Below, one piece after another: positions 51,653 through 60,154 of a DNA stretch of 64,000 bases (its first letter is position 1; every line of letters begins with the position of its first letter). Under the pieces are notes generated by a model, which saw only the letters and a list, made by a program, of their open reading frames with translations, was not told the origin of the DNA and ran no database searches. The position numbers were made by a program, and so were the translations under genes. Origin of the DNA: Nemertoderma westbladi (Eukaryota > Animalia > Xenacoelomorpha); NCBI GenBank assembly GCA_032718475.1, contig JAUCBJ010001846.1:372001-436000 (forward strand). Direction: 5' to 3'.

Positions 51653-51726
51653 TTATTGGTCGTATTAATATCCCTACCTGCTTGTTGGTTATTGTTACCC
51701 GTAATTGATTGATTGCTCTTAACCAT
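51511..51726 (-). CDS. Protein with N-terminal QSITGNNNQQAGRD motif, probably truncated
   Basis: ATG overlaps the upstream stop (ATGGTTAA); runs into the antisense strand of Bro-N after about 50 codons. Confidence 0.55.
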   Translation of the reverse strand: MVKSNQSITGNNNQQAGRDINTTNNYTNSTTPLVFNEKNLKELMNNFSNLQNPPVFLIWGSTCSNTQSEKA

Positions 51727-51772
51727 TAAGATCCCTACCTGCTTGTTGGTTATTGTTACCCGTAATTGATTG
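51670..51772. repeat. Perfect 42-bp direct repeat, period 61 bp
   Basis: ATCCCTACCTGCTTGTTGGTTATTGTTACCCGTAATTGATTG at 51670-51711 and 51731-51772. Confidence 0.97.
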
Positions 51773-51895
51773 TCGATTAGTGTTTGTTGTTTTTCGCTTT
51801 TGCCAGCCCCGTATTCCAAGGCAGGCTGCAATAATTGCTAGAACAGAACCAATCAACGCAACCCAAGGATTAATATTGCTTAAATATTCCAACAT
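51719..51895 (-). CDS. 58-aa single-TM protein with C-terminal QSITGNNNQQAGRD motif (below ORF-track cutoff)
   Basis: MLEYLSNINPWVALIGSVLAIIAACLGIRGWQKRKTTNTNRQSITGNNNQQAGRDLNG*; TATAAT on the minus strand at 51926-51931. Confidence 0.7.
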   Translation of the reverse strand: MLEYLSNINPWVALIGSVLAIIAACLGIRGWQKRKTTNTNRQSITGNNNQQAGRDLNG

Positions 51896-51962
51896 CAGTT
51901 TTTCAAATTTTTTAATAGTCAGTTTATTATATCTTAATCAATATTTAGTTTTAGACTTTTCT

Positions 51963-52002
51963 AAAATACCCCATCAACACCCACAACCAAAACCCCTAAC
52001 AT
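51963..52002 (+). promoter_or_regulatory. Putative activator-dependent late promoter, copy 2
   Basis: AAAATACCCCATCAAC + 18 bp + TAACAT, upstream of the protease gene. Confidence 0.65.
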
Positions 52003-52031
52003 AGCTGTATACACTAAAAATACAGCACTAA

Positions 52032-53198
52032 ATGTTAGATAACTTCATCGAAATATTTAAAACAGGCAAACACACCGACTCTTCAGGAAACCAAAAAATT
52101 TGGACAGATGTCGATGTTCAAGAATTTATTGATAACCACAACCAAAATCAATCTGCACCTATTGTGGTTGGTCACCCCAAGTTCAATCAAGATACCTACG
52201 GTCAGGTCGATCAACTTCAATTTAAAAACGGTGTGTTATCCGCCACCTTTAAAAACATCGACCCCACCTTTGAAAAAATAATCCAATCAGGCGAGATCAA
52301 AAACCGATCCATCCGAGCCAAAAAAACACCCAAAGGCTGGATGTTAGATCATGTGGGGTTTTTGGGCGCAAGTGCGCCTGCTATCTCCGATCTAGCTCCG
52401 ATGTTTCAGGCCAAAGCCAATTGCCTAGATTATGCCTTTGATTTTGAGACTCAAACAAAAGCTCAAACCGATCATCAAAACACCCAATCCTTTGAACTTG
52501 ATGCCTCAAAAACCAACGTCTGGCGATTTAAAAATGGGATAGAAGCCATCCGATCCATCTTAGGAAATGTTCGTGATTTTCTCATTGAAAAACATGGGCT
52601 TAAAACAGCCAAGGAGGTGATTGGTGATTTTGATTTAGAACAAATAGCCAATGCAAAAGAATCACTGATAGAGAAAGAAGCTGACTACCAACAAACAAAT
52701 AAAGAACAAAAACAACAAGCACAAGGAGAAAAAAGCATGACAGAAACAACGAAACCCACCTTTAACCAAGCCGATATCGACAAAGCGAAAGATACCGCTA
52801 GACAAGAGGCACAAGCTGAATTCAATCAACAAATTCAAACCGAACAACACAAACGGCTTGCGATTGAATCCAAACAAGCCATTGACCAATTAATAACAGA
52901 TGGCAATATCACCCCCGCCCAAGCAACAGGTATGAGCGAGTTTATGGGTCATTTAGATGAGAGCAAAACCTATTCATTTGCACAAAATGATCAAACCCTT
53001 CAAACCAATCCAAAACAGTGGTTTATGGATTTTGTAAAAACACTTAAATCAGGTGTGGAAACCAACCAAGCGCTGGAAGATTCCGGTGAAACCCAAGCAG
53101 AATTTAGTGCCCAACAAATCGCTGAATATGCCAAAGCGCATAACACAGACCCTGTCACCGCACTTGAAAACTTAAAAAAGGAGAACAACCATGCATAA
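52032..53198 (+). CDS. Mu gpI-like prohead protease with nested scaffold (internal ATG 52737)
   Basis: IEIFKTGKH.D, APIVVGHP, RS, L.HVGFLGA..PAI..L; in-frame AAGGAG-ATG. Confidence 0.88.
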   Translation: MLDNFIEIFKTGKHTDSSGNQKIWTDVDVQEFIDNHNQNQSAPIVVGHPKFNQDTYGQVDQLQFKNGVLSATFKNIDPTFEKIIQSGEIKNRSIRAKKTPKGWMLDHVGFLGASAPAISDLAPMFQAKANCLDYAFDFETQTKAQTDHQNTQSFELDASKTNVWRFKNGIEAIRSILGNVRDFLIEKHGLKTAKEVIGDFDLEQIANAKESLIEKEADYQQTNKEQKQQAQGEKSMTETTKPTFNQADIDKAKDTARQEAQAEFNQQIQTEQHKRLAIESKQAIDQLITDGNITPAQATGMSEFMGHLDESKTYSFAQNDQTLQTNPKQWFMDFVKTLKSGVETNQALEDSGETQAEFSAQQIAEYAKAHNTDPVTALENLKKENNHA

Positions 53199-53547
53199 AC
53201 CCAAACTCACCTTAGCTTTTAACGCCGAAAATAATATTTCAAGCCGCCGCATTGTTAAATTTGGTGCAACTGATAATCAAGTGCTCCAAGCTACATCAAA
53301 CAGCGATGACTTTTTTGGAATTACCGCTGATTTAGATGTTATATCTGGCGAGCCAGTGGATGTAATCACCTCAGGCGTGGCATCTGTGGAATACGGGGCA
53401 AGTGTGGCAGCAGGCAAGCTTTTAACTTCAGATGCTCAAGGCCGAGCAATTGAGGCATCCACAGGCAACCGAACCATCGGGGTTGCCACACAAACTGGTA
53501 ACACGGCTGATATTGGATCAGTGCTGATCATCCCCTCACAAATCTAA
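53191..53547 (+). CDS. Capsid cement/decoration protein (DUF2190-like)
   Basis: RIVKFG.D..V.QA, DV...G...VEYG..V..G..LTSDA.GRA. Confidence 0.8.
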   Translation: MHKPKLTLAFNAENNISSRRIVKFGATDNQVLQATSNSDDFFGITADLDVISGEPVDVITSGVASVEYGASVAAGKLLTSDAQGRAIEASTGNRTIGVATQTGNTADIGSVLIIPSQI

Positions 53548-53571
53548 TCAAATAAACGACAGGAGAATACA

Positions 53572-54510
53572 ATGAGCACAACCGCCTTTCCATCTAACCC
53601 AGAGATGACATCCATTGTTTCGGCCTATAAAAATGAACAACTCGTTTCTGATCAAGTATGTCCACTGACCCAAGCCGTTAATAAAAAAACATTTAAATAC
53701 GACAGCTTCCCCGTCGGTGAGCAACTCACCGCCCAAGACGACAGAGTGAGTCGTCGAGGAGAGATCCCTGAAATATCAGGCTCAAGTGTTGAAAACACAT
53801 CCTCAATCGAAGATCACGCATTAAGTGATTATGTACCTTACGATGATGTGAAATCGGCCAATGATCCATCGCGTGTGCTTAATATGACAGCGCTAAGGGT
53901 AAGAGGAATTATTGCCTTGAATCGTGAAATCCGTGTGGCAAATCTTATCTTTAATACTCAAAGTTATGAAGCAAACAGAGTTTTAACCATTGCAAGTGAT
54001 GCGGATAAAATCACCAACCCCAATGTCAACGCACTTGATTTAATAACCAATCAGCTTGATGGCATGCTTCAAAAAGCCAATACCTTGGTTATCTCTCAAG
54101 CGGGCTGGTCAGCACTTCGCTCAAACCCTTTCATTGTTAAAGCAGTACATAAAAATGCAGGCGACACAGGCTTGGCAAGTGTCCAAGCAGTGGCGGATTT
54201 ATTAGAGCTTGAAAAAATTATTGTGGCACGAGCAAATCGCAACGTGAACAATAACCCAAAATCCTTAAATCATGGACGTATTTGGGGCAATCATTTATCG
54301 CTGATTTATTTGGAACCTGCCACACAAGCAGGTGGAAGTTTTACCTTTTGCACAACAGTCCCTTATGAGTCAAATGATGGCATAACAGCAGGCACAGACT
54401 TTGACAAAAAACGCGGTGTTAGAGGATCACATGAAGTACGCATCGCACAACAAGTCAAAGAGCTCATTATTGCTCGCGAGGCAGGAAGCCTGATCACCAA
54501 CATCGTTTAG
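53572..54510 (+). CDS. Major capsid protein
   Basis: FP.NPE.T.I..AY.N, RE.RVA.L, W..LR.NP, IWG; position after protease and cement genes. Confidence 0.85.
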   Translation: MSTTAFPSNPEMTSIVSAYKNEQLVSDQVCPLTQAVNKKTFKYDSFPVGEQLTAQDDRVSRRGEIPEISGSSVENTSSIEDHALSDYVPYDDVKSANDPSRVLNMTALRVRGIIALNREIRVANLIFNTQSYEANRVLTIASDADKITNPNVNALDLITNQLDGMLQKANTLVISQAGWSALRSNPFIVKAVHKNAGDTGLASVQAVADLLELEKIIVARANRNVNNNPKSLNHGRIWGNHLSLIYLEPATQAGGSFTFCTTVPYESNDGITAGTDFDKKRGVRGSHEVRIAQQVKELIIAREAGSLITNIV

Positions 54511-54518
54511 GAGAAAAC

Positions 54519-54884
54519 ATGAAATACATCACCAAAACCCAGTTAAGGCTTAACGGCAAAACCTATCCAAAAGACGCAACTGTTGAGCTGGATTCTGCAA
54601 CAGCAGATCGGATAGCTCAGGTGCTTGAACCTTTTAAAGCACCAAAAGAAGATCACCTTCAAAACCATACCTCAGCTGTCAGAAATTACACACCAGGGCC
54701 ACAAGAAATCAAAACAGCTGTACTTAAGCTTGACCCAAACAATGACGAACATTGGACAAAAGAAGGCCTACCTTCAATGAAAGCGGTTGAAGCCATTTTA
54801 GGTGTTGAAATTAAACGCGCTGAGGTAAGCGATGCGGCAGGCGGTATTACCAGAGAAAACATCAAATCACATCAAGAAAAATGA
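54519..54884 (+). CDS. Mu gp35-like head-associated protein
   Basis: L.LNGK.Y, WTK.G.P...A.EA..G. Confidence 0.55.
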   Translation: MKYITKTQLRLNGKTYPKDATVELDSATADRIAQVLEPFKAPKEDHLQNHTSAVRNYTPGPQEIKTAVLKLDPNNDEHWTKEGLPSMKAVEAILGVEIKRAEVSDAAGGITRENIKSHQEK

Positions 54885-55381
54885 GTTATGCAACCGCCTT
54901 AAACTTTATTGATCAATTTGGCGTGCATTATGTCGCACGCCTGCTGGATAGAAGCGAAGAAAATAGCTTGACCGCTGAAACACTTTTTAAAGCCGCTAAA
55001 GAAGCGCCAATTGATGATGTTGAATTAAGCGCGCTTGCAACTGATGCCATTGATTTAATAATTGATCAATTAAGTGAAGCTCAAAGGCTTATTAATAGCT
55101 ATCTTATACGCATTTATCAAATGCCGCTAAGTGATGAAATTCAAGCACAACTGCCCTTGAAGAAGATGACCTGTGATATTGCGCGCCACTTCATTGCAAA
55201 TACCTATGATCTTTCCAGCGAAACCATTGTGACAGCCTATGAAAAATGGCTGGAATATTTACAACAAACAACCAAGGGCACAGCTTCAGGATCGTCAAAA
55301 CCAACAAACACCACCACTGGCCTAAATTCCACAATCGCTAAGTTTTCAAGCACACAAGGAGTTGATCTGGATGGCTATTAA
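54881..55381 (+). CDS. Mu gp36 (DUF1320) head-tail adaptor
   Basis: MSYAT, A...I.SYL..Y..PL, CDIAR. Confidence 0.85.
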   Translation: MSYATALNFIDQFGVHYVARLLDRSEENSLTAETLFKAAKEAPIDDVELSALATDAIDLIIDQLSEAQRLINSYLIRIYQMPLSDEIQAQLPLKKMTCDIARHFIANTYDLSSETIVTAYEKWLEYLQQTTKGTASGSSKPTNTTTGLNSTIAKFSSTQGVDLDGY

Positions 55382-55646
55382 ATCAGATTTTATTAATCAC
55401 CCCAGCCACTACACCAACCAAGTGCCCAACATTGAGTGTATTGAAGTTACTGAGCATTTTAACTTCAACCGAGGCAATGCTATGAAGTATTTGTGGCGGG
55501 CTGGGGATAAGGGAGATGCAATTCGTGATTTAAAAAAAGCCGCTTGGTATATCCAAAGAGAGATCAAACGCCTGGGTCAACTCAAGACTGAAAAGAGAGG
55601 TGTTGAGATGGAACTTAAACGATCAAACATGGTTTTGGAGACATAA
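55371..55646 (+). CDS. DUF3310 family protein
   Basis: NHPSHY, IECI, GNA.KYLWRAG.K, DLKKA.WY. Confidence 0.85.
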   Translation: MAIKSDFINHPSHYTNQVPNIECIEVTEHFNFNRGNAMKYLWRAGDKGDAIRDLKKAAWYIQREIKRLGQLKTEKRGVEMELKRSNMVLET

Positions 55647-55647
55647 A

Positions 55648-56109
55648 ATGGCAGGCGTTCAGATAAAGCTAGACAAGCATACTCTAAAAACCTTGAATCA
55701 AAAACTTGATCAACTGCAAAGTTTAGTCGGTAACTTGCGTGGTGTGATGGATGAAATTGGCGCACAACTTGTAAGCACCACAACACAACGTTTTCATGAT
55801 TCCAAAACGCCTGATGGTATCCATTGGTCGCCAGTGGAACGTTGGGATAAAGCATCAAAAAGCTATCGCCCTGCAACCCCACTTGTACACAAAACTCACC
55901 TACGCGATTCCATTCATTCCCAAGCAAGCGAATCCAAAGTTGAAATCGGCTCTAACCTTATTTATGCCGCGATTCATCAGCTCGGTGGAAAGACAGGTCG
56001 AAATAAAAGCACAACGATTGTTGCTCGTCCGTTTTTAGGGGTGAGCGCTGAGGATGAGCGCGAGATTGGAAATACCCTACAACAACATATCCAAAGCGGT
56101 TTGTCATGA
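55648..56109 (+). CDS. Mu gpG-like virion morphogenesis protein
   Basis: T..RF....PDG..W, GSNLIYAAIHQLGG, ARPFLG. Confidence 0.9.
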   Translation: MAGVQIKLDKHTLKTLNQKLDQLQSLVGNLRGVMDEIGAQLVSTTTQRFHDSKTPDGIHWSPVERWDKASKSYRPATPLVHKTHLRDSIHSQASESKVEIGSNLIYAAIHQLGGKTGRNKSTTIVARPFLGVSAEDEREIGNTLQQHIQSGLS

Positions 56110-56624
56110 CATTTGTAGGGCTTGAAAAAAAGGTGTGTGATTATTTTAAAACAGCACTAAAATCGGTTCGCATTGAACCTTACAGTGGTCAGTTTGATGG
56201 AACATCAGTCAATAAAATAAGCTTTCGAGCGCCTTGTATTTTTGTATCCTTTTTAGGTGCACAACATATCACATCCTTGCCAGACGGGAAGCTGCAACTA
56301 AAAGCTAGGTGGGCAGCTTTTATCTTGACAAAACAAGACAATGAAACCGAAACCGCTTTAGTTGAGAAAGTACTTGCAAGCATTCATAACCAAAATTTAA
56401 ACCTTCAAGCACTCCCTGCAACCCTTCAATCAGTGGAGCAAATCGCCACCCAAAAATTAAGTGAAGGCAACCTAAGCTGTTGGTTGATCCGTTGGGAACA
56501 ACCCATTAATTTATTAACCAACCAGTGGCTTGCTGATGCCCCTGATTCAAAAACCAATGCATTGGTTTTAGACAATCCTGATATTGGGCAAGCACATATT
56601 GATGCGTACAGGGAGGTTAACTAA
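56106..56624 (+). CDS. Mu gp37-like tail terminator
   Basis: Y.GQFD, APC.FV.FLG; position in operon. Confidence 0.7.
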   Translation: MTFVGLEKKVCDYFKTALKSVRIEPYSGQFDGTSVNKISFRAPCIFVSFLGAQHITSLPDGKLQLKARWAAFILTKQDNETETALVEKVLASIHNQNLNLQALPATLQSVEQIATQKLSEGNLSCWLIRWEQPINLLTNQWLADAPDSKTNALVLDNPDIGQAHIDAYREVN

Positions 56625-57118
56625 TGACAGATCACACGTATGAAATCGCTAGACTAACACAGATGATACGTAACATTGTACGTGTGGGTATCATCGAGGA
56701 TGTGGAAACAAGCACAGCACGCGCGAGCGTTCGTTTGGGGGATAATTTAATCACACCACTTTTACCTTGGAGTGAAACATTGGCTGGTAGCACGCATTCT
56801 TGGATGCCACCTCGCGTGGGTGATCAGTGCATCATTTTATGCCCTGAAGGTAATTTAGATCGAGGCATCATCATTGACTACCTAAACCAATCCCAACATC
56901 CTGCGATTAGATCAAATGGGGATATTAAGGCGGTTGATTTTTCGGATGGATCAAGCATTGAGGTGAATGAATCAACAGGTGCGATGAAAATTCATGCAAC
57001 GGGTGATTTAAGTATTTCTTGTGGCGGCAAGCTTACGATTAATTCGGCTGGCAATGCATTAATTGAGTCCCAAACAGATATCGCCATCAACGCACCGCAT
57101 GTCGGAGTGAATGACTGA
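56624..57118 (+). CDS. Baseplate spike gpV
   Basis: N.VR.G.I, LPW...AG....W.PP.VGDQ..IL.P.G. Confidence 0.92.
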   Translation: MTDHTYEIARLTQMIRNIVRVGIIEDVETSTARASVRLGDNLITPLLPWSETLAGSTHSWMPPRVGDQCIILCPEGNLDRGIIIDYLNQSQHPAIRSNGDIKAVDFSDGSSIEVNESTGAMKIHATGDLSISCGGKLTINSAGNALIESQTDIAINAPHVGVND

Positions 57119-57411
57119 TGGCAGCAGTGGGACGAAAAACAGATAAAGACTCAGGCCATGGCTGCTGGCCAGCACGTGAAGCGCAAGCGGGATCATCGAA
57201 TGTTACCATCAATGGCTTGGATGCCCTTCGCGTGGGTGATTCATATGGATCACATACCTGTCCATCCATCCCCCAAACCCATGCAGGCAAACAATCTCAA
57301 GGCTCAAGTACCGTGACTGTCAACGGCAAACCCTTAGCGCGGGTGGGCGATGCGATCAGTTGTGGTGGCACATTGGCACAAGGCTCCCCCAATGTCACTT
57401 GTGGAGATTAG
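57118..57411 (+). CDS. PAAR-type spike tip protein
   Basis: R..D...GH, GS.NV.ING..A.RVGD, H.C...H, GKPLARVGD..CG. Confidence 0.93.
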   Translation: MAAVGRKTDKDSGHGCWPAREAQAGSSNVTINGLDALRVGDSYGSHTCPSIPQTHAGKQSQGSSTVTVNGKPLARVGDAISCGGTLAQGSPNVTCGD

Positions 57412-57412
57412 C

Positions 57413-57751
57413 ATGCAAGGATTGAATCGTCATACAGGCAAAACGATTACCGGGATTGAGTGGCTAGAACAATCCATCACCGACATATTAACCACCCCCA
57501 AAGGTAGTCGCACCATGCGCGCTGATTATGGAAGCAATCTACACGAATTACTTGATCAAAATATAACGCCACAACTTTCAACTAAAATTCATGTTGAAGT
57601 CACAAGTGCGTTGGGTATTTTGAAAGACATCTTTCAAATCAAATACACCAAAATTACCCATCCAAAAGCAGGCGATATTGAAATTGACATCACAGGCATC
57701 TATTTAGAAAACGGTCAAACCATTACCTTAGAGGGGGTCAAAATATCGTGA
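57413..57751 (+). CDS. Baseplate gpW/gp25
   Basis: G.NR.TG, QSI.DILTTP.GSR.MR.DYGS.L..L.D. Confidence 0.92.
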   Translation: MQGLNRHTGKTITGIEWLEQSITDILTTPKGSRTMRADYGSNLHELLDQNITPQLSTKIHVEVTSALGILKDIFQIKYTKITHPKAGDIEIDITGIYLENGQTITLEGVKIS

Positions 57752-58623
57752 TTGATTTATCTAAAATCCCCTTGCCTCAGTCTGTTGAAACCCTTGATTT
57801 TGAAACCATTGTAACCCAGATTAAAACGGACTTAATTAGCCGCGATTCAACGCTTCAAGCAGCGCTTGCACTGGAGTCTGAGACCTTAAGTAAACTCGTT
57901 GAAGCATTTGCATACCGAGAATTACACCTTAGATCAAGGATTAATGAGGCACTGAAGGCCACCTTTATTACTCATGCACTTGGAACCGATCTGGATAATT
58001 TAGGCGCATTGTTTGGTGTGGTGCGCATGGTGATTCAAGAAGAAGATTTAGAAGCCAGCCCACCCCAAAAAGAGATAATTGAGGCCGATTCTGATTTTAG
58101 ACGGCGCATTCTTTTAAGCCTGGATGCCTTTTCCACCGCAGGACCAACCGATAGTTATGTCTACCATGGCTTAAGCGCAGATGCGAGTGTGCGAGATATA
58201 TCGGCAACTAGTCCATCGGGTGGCGTGGTGGATATTGCTGTGATGAGTCAAACAGGCCTTGCTGATCAAGCCTTACAGGATTTGGTTGAAAGTAAACTCA
58301 ACACCGACACCATTCGTCCTCTAGGCACGCAACTCAATATTAGCAGCGCCACAGCCGTCGATTACACCATTGAGGTAATTTTACACACCAGTAACCTCCC
58401 CGAACAATCCATCGCACAACAAACCGCTCAAAGTAATTTAGAAGCGCTGCGAGATGAGCGTTTTAAGATTGGTCAGTCCATTCACCTATCCGCAATTTAT
58501 GCTGCTTGCCACAGTCAAGGCGTGGAGCGGGTGGAGATACTACAGCCGCAAACAAATATTGAGATTAATCACACTCAGTTTGCAAACAACACACAAATCA
58601 CCATCACCACCCAAGGAGAATAA
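57748..58623 (+). CDS. Baseplate gpJ
   Basis: IDLS..P.P..VE.LDFE, LESE, AYRE, DLDNL, STAGP..Y. Confidence 0.95.
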   Translation: MIDLSKIPLPQSVETLDFETIVTQIKTDLISRDSTLQAALALESETLSKLVEAFAYRELHLRSRINEALKATFITHALGTDLDNLGALFGVVRMVIQEEDLEASPPQKEIIEADSDFRRRILLSLDAFSTAGPTDSYVYHGLSADASVRDISATSPSGGVVDIAVMSQTGLADQALQDLVESKLNTDTIRPLGTQLNISSATAVDYTIEVILHTSNLPEQSIAQQTAQSNLEALRDERFKIGQSIHLSAIYAACHSQGVERVEILQPQTNIEINHTQFANNTQITITTQGE

Positions 58624-58634
58624 AGGAGTCTTAA

Positions 58635-59036
58635 ATGATTTTTGAATTTTTAAAACAAGCGATACAACCCATTAGCAACCTGATTGATGAAGTTCACACA
58701 TCAGATGAGGAAAAACTGAAACTTCAAAACGAACTGGCTAAAATTGAAGCCACCATTGGTATGAAGTTAATGGATTACCAAGCTCAAGTGTTGACATCAC
58801 AAACCAGAATTATTGCTACGGAAGCTCAGGGAGGCTTTTTAAAAAGTAACTGGCGACCCATTACGATGTTGGTGTTTTTAGTGTTGGTCGTGTGCGACAG
58901 CTTTGGCTTTTTAACCACGCCCTTAGCACCTGAAGCATGGGAACTTTTAAAGATTGGTTTAGGCGGATATGTGATCGGACGTTCGGGGGAGAAAATGATG
59001 CCAAAAATCATTGATCAGTTTGGGGCGAAAAGATGA
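58635..59036 (+). CDS. 3TM (GTA-type) holin family protein
   Basis: EA.G.....WRP, TM segments, LGGYV.GRS.EK. Confidence 0.8.
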   Translation: MIFEFLKQAIQPISNLIDEVHTSDEEKLKLQNELAKIEATIGMKLMDYQAQVLTSQTRIIATEAQGGFLKSNWRPITMLVFLVLVVCDSFGFLTTPLAPEAWELLKIGLGGYVIGRSGEKMMPKIIDQFGAKR

Positions 59037-59419
59037 AGACATTGCCCATTAATCTCATTGAAGCAGATAAATGGTACAAGCGTTGCAAGCTAATCACAAT
59101 AAAAAAGCAAAGTTTCCAAATTGTACTTGAAACAGGTGTACAAACAATTGAGATTCCCCAAGGCTTTGTCTTTGATGGCGCAAGCGTCCCACGTGTATTT
59201 CGGTTTATCTTATCCCCTATTGGCAAGTACATCACAGATGCCATGATTCATGACTATTTATATAAAACACAACCTGTCACCAGAAAGAAAGCCGATAGTC
59301 TATTGTATGAAGGCTTTATTCAACATGGCATACCAAAGCCTTTGGCGTTGACTATGTATTTAAGCATTCGAGCCTTTGGTTGGTGGTATTGGTCAAAAGG
59401 AGGAAAAGGTGGACCTTAA
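59033..59419 (+). CDS. DUF1353 family protein
   Basis: IP.GFV.DGASVP, A.IHDYLY, R..AD, Y..IR.FG. Confidence 0.85.
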   Translation: MKTLPINLIEADKWYKRCKLITIKKQSFQIVLETGVQTIEIPQGFVFDGASVPRVFRFILSPIGKYITDAMIHDYLYKTQPVTRKKADSLLYEGFIQHGIPKPLALTMYLSIRAFGWWYWSKGGKGGP

Positions 59420-59651
59420 CCTAGATTTATGGCGTTTGGGTGTTGATGGGCTTCAAATGATTGCAATCATTGCCCTTTGGGTTTTTAGTCAATCCAAAAA
59501 AACCAATGAGCGCCTTATCAAACTTGAAGCGCGCTGCGTTAGTCTAAAAGAGATCAGCAAACTTTCAGGTGAGATTGAAAAAATAAAAGGCCAACTTGAA
59601 GGCATTGATAAAAGCCTGCACAACCTAAACGAAACCCTTCGAAGTAAATAA
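59409..59651 (+). CDS. Small TM + coiled-coil protein (DUF2730-like)
   Basis: TM helix then RL.KLE coiled coil; usual position before small terminase in Mu-like phages. Confidence 0.55.
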   Translation: MDLNLDLWRLGVDGLQMIAIIALWVFSQSKKTNERLIKLEARCVSLKEISKLSGEIEKIKGQLEGIDKSLHNLNETLRSK

Positions 59652-60154
59652 TGGCTCACTCTAAACACACTAAAGATCAAGTTCGATACGATTACATCTA
59701 TAAACGCCTACCGCTTAGTATTTTAGCCAAAAAATATGACACCACCTCAGCCAGTATTAGAGCTTGGCGAGACAAAGCAAAACACCTAGGTAATGATTGG
59801 GATCAAGCAAGATACGCCCACACCCTTTGTGGTGGTGATGATCTGGCCAAACAAGCCAACACGGATTTTGAAAAGCTTTTCTCAGAGGTCTACAAGCAAA
59901 TACTTAGAGATGACATCAAACCGACTGAAAAAGTCCAAGCCTTGGCCACCTTGGCCGATGCCAAAATCAAAACCGTTAAAGCCATGCGGATGAGTGACCC
60001 CAAACAAGGGGAACTGGCAATTGCACTGGATGTTTTAAATGAGTTTAGCAACTTCATTAAAACCCATCATCCTGACAAGCTCAGTTTTATTGCACCACTG
60101 CTGCTTCCTTTTGGCAGGCACATCAACCAAAAATGGGGTACTCGTGGCAAGTAA
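59651..60154 (+). CDS. Terminase small subunit (DUF1804-like)
   Basis: MAH......R..Y, W...AK..G.DWD.AR, LA.LADA. Confidence 0.8.
   Translation: MAHSKHTKDQVRYDYIYKRLPLSILAKKYDTTSASIRAWRDKAKHLGNDWDQARYAHTLCGGDDLAKQANTDFEKLFSEVYKQILRDDIKPTEKVQALATLADAKIKTVKAMRMSDPKQGELAIALDVLNEFSNFIKTHHPDKLSFIAPLLLPFGRHINQKWGTRGK

Noticed and set aside
51670-51772. Mini-CRISPR array or DGR repeat pair
   Set aside because: Only two identical copies with a 19-bp gap, no cas or reverse transcriptase gene, no adenine-specific mismatches; both copies are coding.
56624-58623. T6SS, eCIS or tailocin locus suggested by PAAR and sheath/tube
   Set aside because: Capsid, portal, terminase and transposase genes show this is a phage.
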